A DNA stretch of 47,804 nt from Octopus bimaculoides. Lineage: Eukaryota. Under the pieces are notes generated by a model. It searched no databases. It worked only from the letters and a program-made list of their open reading frames with translations, and was not told where the DNA came from. The stretch is taken from contig NC_069001.1 of the NCBI RefSeq assembly GCF_001194135.2, positions 8,572,097 to 8,619,900 on the forward strand. The letters are read 5' to 3'. Below, one piece after another: positions 40,130-47,804 of the stretch. The stretch's first letter is position 1. Each line of letters begins with the position of its first letter. The position numbers and the translations under genes were made by a program.

Positions 40130-43100
40130 TTACAAACCAAGCAGTGCTTTCCTCACTTTTGTATTGTATTCGTTCAGACCCGAGTCCTTGTTAAGATAAT
40201 GTTTCGACATATCTGTTGTATACTTGCTGGCCTTGGTTGTTTTTCCACAAGTCTCACAAAGAAGGCGGAAATAATCAGATGTATTTCCACAGCAAAGACC
40301 GATATACTGGACTCCGATCTCATCACAGGCGTTGCCGAAGTATTTCATTTCGTCTATACTGCATAGGAACTGGGACAAGTTGCTGGGGAAAGCATCCCTT
40401 CCTAAAAATATATTAAATCTACCTTTATCACCTAGCATACAAACGTACAAGTAATTCTCAACAATTTCATTTTTCAAACAAGTTGTATCCCTTAGCGGAT
40501 ATAATAATCTCTTCATAATATCAAATGGGATTAAAAATTTGAATACGAAATTAAGGAATAACGAAAACGATACATAGAATGCGCAAATACAATATTTTGA
40601 CTTTTTATTTTTTTTTTTTTTTGCTTTCTTTACATATTACGAATTTCTGAAAATTTCTAGACAATGGTCATTACATAGATCAATATTTCATTCTTTTTAG
40701 AAATTTCCAGCATGACATAAGGTATGTGAATTGAAGAGTACAACTTAATGCCTCTCTGTGTTCTTTGTGTACAAGTAGTGTTTTCGTTTGGCTTTTGCGT
40801 CTTATATTCCCACCTTNNNNNNNNNNNNNNNNNNNNNNNNNNNNNNNNNNNNNNNNNNNNNNNNNNNNNNNNNNNNNNNNNNNNNNNNNNNNNNNNNNNN
40901 NNNNNNNNNNNNNNNNNNNNNNNNNNNNNNNNNNNNNNNNNNNNNNNNNNNNNNNNNNNNNNNNNNNNNNNNNNNNNNNNNNNNNNNNNNNNNNNNNNNN
41001 NNNNNNNNNNNNNNNNNNNNNNNNNNNNNNNNNNNNNNNNNNNNNNNNNNNNNNNNNNNNNNNNNNNNNNNNNNNNNNNNNNNNNNNNNNNNNNNNNNNN
41101 NNNNNNNNNNNNNNNNNNNNNNNNNNNNNNNNNNNNNNNNNNNNNNNNNNNNNNNNNNNNNNNNNNNNNNNNNNNNNNNNNNNNNNNNNNNNNNNNNNNN
41201 NNNNNNNNNNNNNNNNNNNNNNNNNNNNNNNNNNNNNNNNNNNNNNNNNNNNNNNNNNNNNNNNNNNNNNNNNNNNNNNNNNNNNNNNNNNNNNNNNNNN
41301 NNNNNNNNNNNNNNNNNNNNNNNNNNNNNNNNNNNNNNNNNNNNNNNNNNNNNNNNNNNNNNNNNNNNNNNNNNNNNNNNNNNNNNNNNNNNNNNNNNNN
41401 NNNNNNNNNNNNNNNNNNNNNNNNNNNNNNNNNNNNNNNNNNNNNNNNNNNNNNNNNNNNNNNNNNNNNNNNNNNNNNNNNNNNNNNNNNNNNNNNNNNN
41501 NNNNNNNNNNNNNNNNNNNNNNNNNNNNNNNNNNNNNNNNNNNNNNNNNNNNNNNNNNNNNNNNNNNNNNNNNNNNNNNNATATATACATACACATATAT
41601 ATATGTATATATCAATGTGCACCGGCCCCCTGACTGATATGAGGCCCCGCTTGCTAGATCAACTGGTTATCAAATAAAGCTCAGTATTCTTCTAGCCCTC
41701 GTTCATCGTCTCTTTTTAACCAAATCCAGTGGTATACACACACATATATATGGATACATATATGTGAGCGTTTGTGTGTGCGCGTGCGCGCGCGCCTGTG
41801 ACAATCAAATGTCTTCAGTTTCACTTTGTCTTTCTTCTCAAATGAAGTACCAGAATAAAAACATGCTGAGGTTAACATAACCGACGTGAGAAACCCGTTG
41901 AACCAGAAGAGCAGTTGTCCGTTCAATAATTGAAACCAATGAAAAAAAAATAATAACAGAAAGTAAATAAATAGAGCAAATAAAACATCAAACCTGTACA
42001 AAGATCCTTGAACGATTGAAATGTTACCGTTTTCTCATCAGTGCGATAAGGGACGGGCAAAGCTGCTATTGGGCCCTGAAAAGTTAAAATGATGATAACA
42101 GGTTGTTGTAGTGACAGGACAAAAACTTTCAAAATAAGAAAAAAAATTGCAGATAAAAGACAATATGTTACCTTACAAGCTTCTCTGATACGTTTCAAAA
42201 GAGGCACTGTCATCTTGGGTCCTCTGCTACAGTTGAGACCTACAACTGCAGCTCCAGCTTCTTCAAGTTTCCTGCAAGCTTCCTCTAATGGGATATCATC
42301 CACCGTGTGATCTTTCCAAGTAGGGGCAAGGTTTATTACTGCAGGTAAACCTGCGATAAAACATAAAATAGAGTGAAATAGATTTGTCAGGGTTTGTGCG
42401 ATAAGTAATCCAGTTCTATCAAATGAACTGGAAATTCGTTTGGTTATCGTGCTAAGTGACTGTGTATTTTTTTCTCCTTGTTTCTCTCCTTATTTCTTTC
42501 TGTGTTCCTTTCAGTTGAAGAGCGTAGCTCGAAACGTCAAAGACTTTCTCTACTCCCGAGCGTTAAACTAATACATCTGTTTGTCGTCTACACCACCTGT
42601 CTTCGTTTGTTGTTTTTTTCGTAAATTCTCCCATATACGAGAGGCAGTTGTGTCTTGAACGTAGTTCTTTGGTAGAACCAGTGAGCTACTCTATGGAACG
42701 CAGCTGGGCTTTTCATTTACGAATACAGGACATCCGATGGGCTACCAAACTTCTACCATGATGCATGGTCGAATCGAAGCTATTGTCAAAAACATTTGCT
42801 CCAGATGCCACGCAATGGCATCTTGTGGTTTCGAAGCGCACTTCTTAACCAATCAGCTACATCTGCATCCAAAATTCCATTTCCAGAATCCCATATGGGC
42901 CCAATTTTGCATATAGAACCTAGTATGGTTTTTTCCAGACATTTTTAAACGTGCATCTTATATGCCCTCAAATATGTATATCCTCATTTTCATCCACCGT
43001 ACTTCGGGGGGGGGGCTTTCAAAAAGTTCCCACCACTGTTAATTCTTTCGTGACTGAGTCGTTAAAAATAAACATGCCTACATAAAAAAAATCACTCACC

Positions 43101-43211
43101 ATCACCATAAGCTTTAATGGCTTCCAAACACAACGAGGCTTCTGCGAGAGAATAGAAAGTTTCTCCTAAAATGAAATCTGCTTTTTCTTCTTTCGCCCAT
43201 ATCACTTGCTC
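40130..43211 (-). CDS. BHMT: Betaine-homocysteine S-methyltransferase-like (homocysteine S-methyltransferase family), last four coding exons; 5' part not visible
   Basis: Exons 43211-43100 (EQVIWAKEEKADFILGETFYSLAEASLCLEAIKAYGD), 42350-42172 (GLPAVINLAPTWKDHTVDDIPLEEACRKLEEAGAAVVGLNCSRGPKMTVPLLKRIREACK), 42075-41994 (GPIAALPVPYRTDEKTVTFQSFKDLCT) and 40401-40130 (GRDAFPSNLSQF...YIGLCCGNTSDYFR...LLGL*). All introns are GT-AG with matching phases. The Zn ligands GLNC and GLCCG are intact. Confidence 0.9.
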
Positions 43212-43374
43212 CTGAAAGTGAAATGAATCTCATTGAAATATATGAAATACAGGTATAGGCTTGGATGCGTGTTTTCGGTTTCGTGACTGCTGAACAGATC
43301 ACGGGATAATTTACCTAAACATATACTCGGATTATTTTAAGCTTTGTCGCTAAGATTTGATACACTTTTTCTCT

Positions 43375-43581
43375 TTTTACTCTTTTACTTGTTTCAGTCA
43401 TTTGACTGCGACAATGCTGGAGCACCGCCTTTAGTCGAACAAGTCAATCCTAGAACTTATTCTTTGTAAAGCTAGTACTTATTCTATAGGCCTCTTTTGC
43501 CGAACTGCTAAGTTACGGGGACGTAAACACACCACCGTTGGTTGTTAAGTGATGTTGGGAGGGACAAACACAAACAAACAC

Positions 43582-43614
<33 letters not shown>

Positions 43615-43790
43615 CATACATACATATACGACGGGCTTCTTCCAGTTTCCATCTACCAAATCCACTTACAAGGCTTTGGTCGGCCCGAGGCTATAGTAGA
43701 AGACACTTACCCAAGGTGCCACGCAGTGGGACTGAACCCGGGACCATGTGGTTGGTAAGCAAGCTACGCTACTTACCACACAGCCACTCG
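43375..43790 (-). mobile_element. SINE family A, full minus copy
   Basis: Reverse complement of the family consensus seen elsewhere. Further partial copies at about 8985-9125, 17990-18205, 31595-31775, 38680-38880 and 45535-45690. Confidence 0.85.
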
Positions 43791-44812
43791 GAAATTTTGC
43801 AAAAGCACATCGTTTACATATGTGTGTATGCGCGTGAGAGAGAGAGAGAAAGAAGGAGAGTGAGAGTTTTCCAGATTGAAAAACAAACTTCCTTTGTTAT
43901 CTCAGTCCCCAAGGTCCTTAAAAAAGTATTCTCATCCCTTCTCTTCTTTNNNNNNNNNNNNNNNNNNNNNNNNNNNNNNNNNNNNNNNNNNNNNNNNNNN
44001 NNNNNNNNNNNNNNNNNNNNNNNNNNNNNNNNNNNNNNNNNNNNNNNNNNNNNNNNNNNNNNNNNNNNNNNNNNNNNNNNNNNNNNNNNNNNNNNNNNNN
44101 NNNNNNNNNNNNNNNNNNNNNNNNNNNNNNNNNNNNNNNNNNNNNNNNNNNNNNNNNNNNNNNNNNNNNNNNNNNNNNNNNNNNNNNNNNNNNNNNNNNN
44201 NNNNNNNNNNNNNNNNNNNNNNNNNNNNNNNNNNNNNNNNNNNNNNNNNNNNNNNNNNNNNNNNNNNNNNNNNNNNNNNNNNNNNNNNNNNNNNNNNNNN
44301 NNNNNNNNNNNNNNNNNNNNNNNNNNNNNNNNNNNNNNNNNNNNNNNNNNNNNNNNNNNNNNNNNNNNNNNNNNNNNNNNNNNNNNNNNNNNNNNNNNNN
44401 NNNNNNNNNNNNNNNNNNNNNNNNNNNNNNNNNNNNNNNNNNNNNNNNNNNNNNNNNNNNNNNNNNNNNNNNNNNNNNNNNNNNNNNNNNNNNNNNNNNN
44501 NNNNNNNNNNNNNNNNNNNNNNNNNNNNNNNNNNNNNNNNNNNNNNNNNNNNNNNNNNNNNNNNNNNNNNNNNNNNNNNNNNNNNNNNNNNNNNNNNNNN
44601 NNNNNNNNNNNNNNNNNNNNNNNNNNNNNNNNNNNNNNNNNNNNNNNNNNNNNNNNNNNNNNNNNNNNNNNNNNNNNNNNNNNNNNNNNNNNNNNNNNNN
44701 NNNNNNNNNNNNNNNNNNNNNNNNNNNNNNNNNNNNNNNNNNNNNNNNNNNNNNNNNNNNNNNNNNNNNNNNGATGGAAAAAAAAAGGTAAAGTCGACCT
44801 CGGCGGAATTTC

Positions 44813-44938
44813 AATTGAGAACCTAGCTGCAAATGAGAACCTAGCTGCAATTGAGAACCTAGCTGCAATTGAGAACCTAGCTGCAATTGAGAACCTAGCT
44901 GCAAATGAGAACCTAGCTGCAAATGAGAACGTAGCTCG
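44813..44938. repeat. 18-bp tandem repeat x7 (aa[t/a]tgagaacctagctgc)
   Basis: Counted directly; lies inside a minus-strand family B SINE. Confidence 0.9.
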
Positions 44939-47804
44939 GCTGTCGTGCTAACGATTCTGCTCACTGTGCAAAAGTTGAGACGCTTTTTTGGTGCGCTAGT
45001 AGCGAAAGCAGTAATATTTTGAATCAAAGACCTGCTCACAAGTCGGGGTGCACATTGTATGCAACGTGTAACTTATAGAAGCTAAACAGATTTTTGGGGT
45101 CAGTGACGCATATCGTTTAGACAATTAACATTCCAAAAGTTTAACTCGTGAGTAGAAGCAGATTATATGAATATTGGCGATTGGGGGTGGGAAGAGATGA
45201 AATCTACTGAGTAAGCCAATTGGTGCGTGAGAAAAATAGAAAAAAGCAAAACTTGATACATATGTATGTGTGCATATATAAACATATATATATATATNNN
45301 NNNNNNNNNNNNNNNNNNNNNNNNNNNNNNNNNNNNNNNNNNNNNNNNNNNNNNNNNNNNNNNNNNNNNNNNNNNNNNNNNNNNNNNNNNNNNNNNNATC
45401 CAATCTCACGGAGTCGCTACACCGCTAAGCACCTCAACCGGTGTCACGCAGACGAAATACCGCTAAGCATTTTCGCCCGACGTGCTAACGTTTCTGCCAG
45501 CTCGCCGCCTACCTGTCACAGTGTCATCATATCTTTCACCTTTTATTTGTTTCAGTCATTCGACTGCGGCCATGCTGGGGTACCATCTCGAAAAAGTTTT
45601 AGTCAAATGTATTGACCCCAGTACTTATTTTTCAAGAGCTTGGTACTTATCCTATCGGTTTCTTTGGCCGAACGGCTAAGTTACGGATAATAATGCCCTG
45701 CTTAACTTACGAAAAGAGAAAAATATTTCTTGTATTCATACGGGAAAATATATGTTCTCTAAATTTAAGTAATCGATAAATACATAATCAAATCATAGAA
45801 TAGCAAACCTATATAATATAATATAATATAATATAATATAATATAATATAATATAATATATAACATTAATAACTTTTTGACATCAAGATATACCTCTCAC
45901 TGAAGAATTTATTTAAAACCTTTGAAGCTTTACTTCCGCTAATATAATTCTATTCTTCCAAAATATTTACTTAACTGTGAAGAGATGTTGGCGTAGGCTC
46001 CTACCCCGGCATCCGAAACTCGGAGTTTTCTTCATGGCTATCGAATAAGTGTCACATATTTTTACAGATAAATTCCTCTATTTACATAATATCGAAGTCT
46101 CTTTATTTCTTTTGTTGTCCTATGTATGTATGTATATATATATATATATATATCCTTCATTCTTTCCCCTTTTCTTTCTCTCACCCTGTCACTTCTATTC
46201 CAGCCTTTGTACTTACTCCCTTTCTCTTTCTCCCTATTGTATTCCTAGCCTTTCTCCTTCTCCTTCATCCACCCCCCTTCTTTTCTTTGTCGCCCCCTCT
46301 CCCCTTTACTGTCTCTCTCCTCTGCCTGTTGCTGTCACTTGACCCGCGGACACTTCCTCTTTTCCTTCCTTTCCTGGACTGTCCCCTTAGCTGACCAGTT
46401 GGAAATTCTGTCCGTTCTCCTTCTTTCCGAACATTTTCTAAGAGTTACCCGCTATTCTCATCTCCTTGGCCCGCCAAGGCCGTATTTTGTTCGTCTGTTC
46501 GTCTACGTCCACCGTCCTAAACCACACTCTGTGTCTTTTCCTTGTTTTGTTTTCTTTCGTTTCGTTTGCCTCTTGTCCTTAATTCTACGCAAGAAAACCA
46601 TTTTTGCGTGCACCGCCAGGTGGAAAGCACTCAGTCTTATCGTTAAAGGTGCGCAACTGAACAGCACCATTGGACTAATCACGATCGGAACCCGCTTGGT
46701 GAGAGGTCTGCTCCCTCGGGAACTGAGCTACGATTAAACAACAGCAACAACAACACCAACAACGATAATTACAGCAGCTGCGTTTTGCGTGGGACAGTAC
46801 ATGAGCTGCTATGTTGCTCACCCTTATGCTAGAAGCAACAGCTCTAACTCCCTCAAATTTTTAGTACTGTCTTGAAACAGAAAGGAAAGGAATGTAGTTC
46901 TCGATATTCTACGTCCAAGTAAATAAAAGACGAGATGGTCATGGCTGGAAAATTTTCACTGATAGCTGTCTGCCGATTCAGTTGTGACAACAAAGAGAGG
47001 AATCTCCATGTGGTCACTTGACCCGCAAAAAATACCAGCCAACTGCTTCAAAGTACATGCAAATGTTTTCAAAGGGTGAAGGACATGCTATGTTAACCCT
47101 TTAGTTGGTAGTTGGATTTTTTTTAAGTGTGGTGGTCGTGGTTAGAAATTGCTTTTGATCCTGGGGTGTGGATCGACAGATCAGAGCTGACTTGGAACTA
47201 AACAACAACAACAACAACAACAACAAATGAGGATATCTCTGAGTTTTATTCAACGTGCTAGAAATAGCAACTAAATCTCCTTCAGATAACACACCCTTCT
47301 GTAATAACAAACGAAGAACACAAAGGTCAATGTTCTGTCTACTGCTTGCACACACGCGCGCGCGCACACACGCACAAACACAAGCACACAAACACACACA
47401 CACACACGCGCGCGCAAAATGAAGGTGTGATAATCGCGGCTGGAAATCCTTTTGGTATAAATAATTACTAAGACTATCTATCTACTCGATCAGGACTGAC
47501 CCGGGGCTAAAACAAAACAAGGAAAACATAAGAGTTTTTCAAACTTACTTTTACTAGCAGCCATCTTTTCTTTCGTTTCAGTTTGTAGTTTTCGTGTATT
47601 TTCTTTTAGCCTTCTCTGATGCTGTCTTGCAACGCCAACTGCCAAAGTGTTACAGTGAGAGCGTCTGCTTGCAAAACGCGATGTCGTCGTTCTTTCTTTG
47701 GTTGCGGCGGCGGCGGCGGAGGGTGGTGGTGGTGGTGGTGATGATGATGATTATACGTTGACAGCTGCAGCTGTGGTGCTGGCGGTGGTGCTGGTGGTGG
47801 TGCT

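Noticed and set aside
556-45615. Long ORFs in the track filled with X
   Set aside because: They are open only because they cross N gaps; no coding evidence.
45711-45758. Candidate upstream BHMT exon ending TTC|gtaagt
   Set aside because: Translation RTYIFPYEYKKYFSLF does not resemble the expected BHMT segment before EQV.

Overview
AT-rich, microsatellite- and SINE-dense eukaryotic DNA with many N gaps. The repeat content looks like an octopus (coleoid cephalopod) scaffold; this is an inference. I reconstructed two spliced minus-strand genes by hand. (1) A 14-coding-exon gene at 21675->7218 (1590 nt, 529 aa as joined). It has an IQ motif and a C-terminal half resembling vertebrate IQCM, but three extra exons (11849-9410) insert a degenerate von Willebrand A (VWA)-like module between two phase-1 junctions that join directly in IQCM. 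(2) The last four coding exons (43211->40130) of a betaine-homocysteine S-methyltransferase-like gene, with all three Zn-binding cysteines. A long hairpin carrying A-C mismatches lies in its probable 3' UTR. The window also holds an intact initiator tRNA-Met gene (30350-30421) and a Penelope-like element with a minimal hammerhead ribozyme motif and a piggyBac-type MITE inserted in its GIY-YIG domain. The rest is RTE LINE fragments, a Helitron-like element, a Tc1/mariner MITE and several tRNA-derived SINE families. Family assignments come from recalled motifs; no searches were run.
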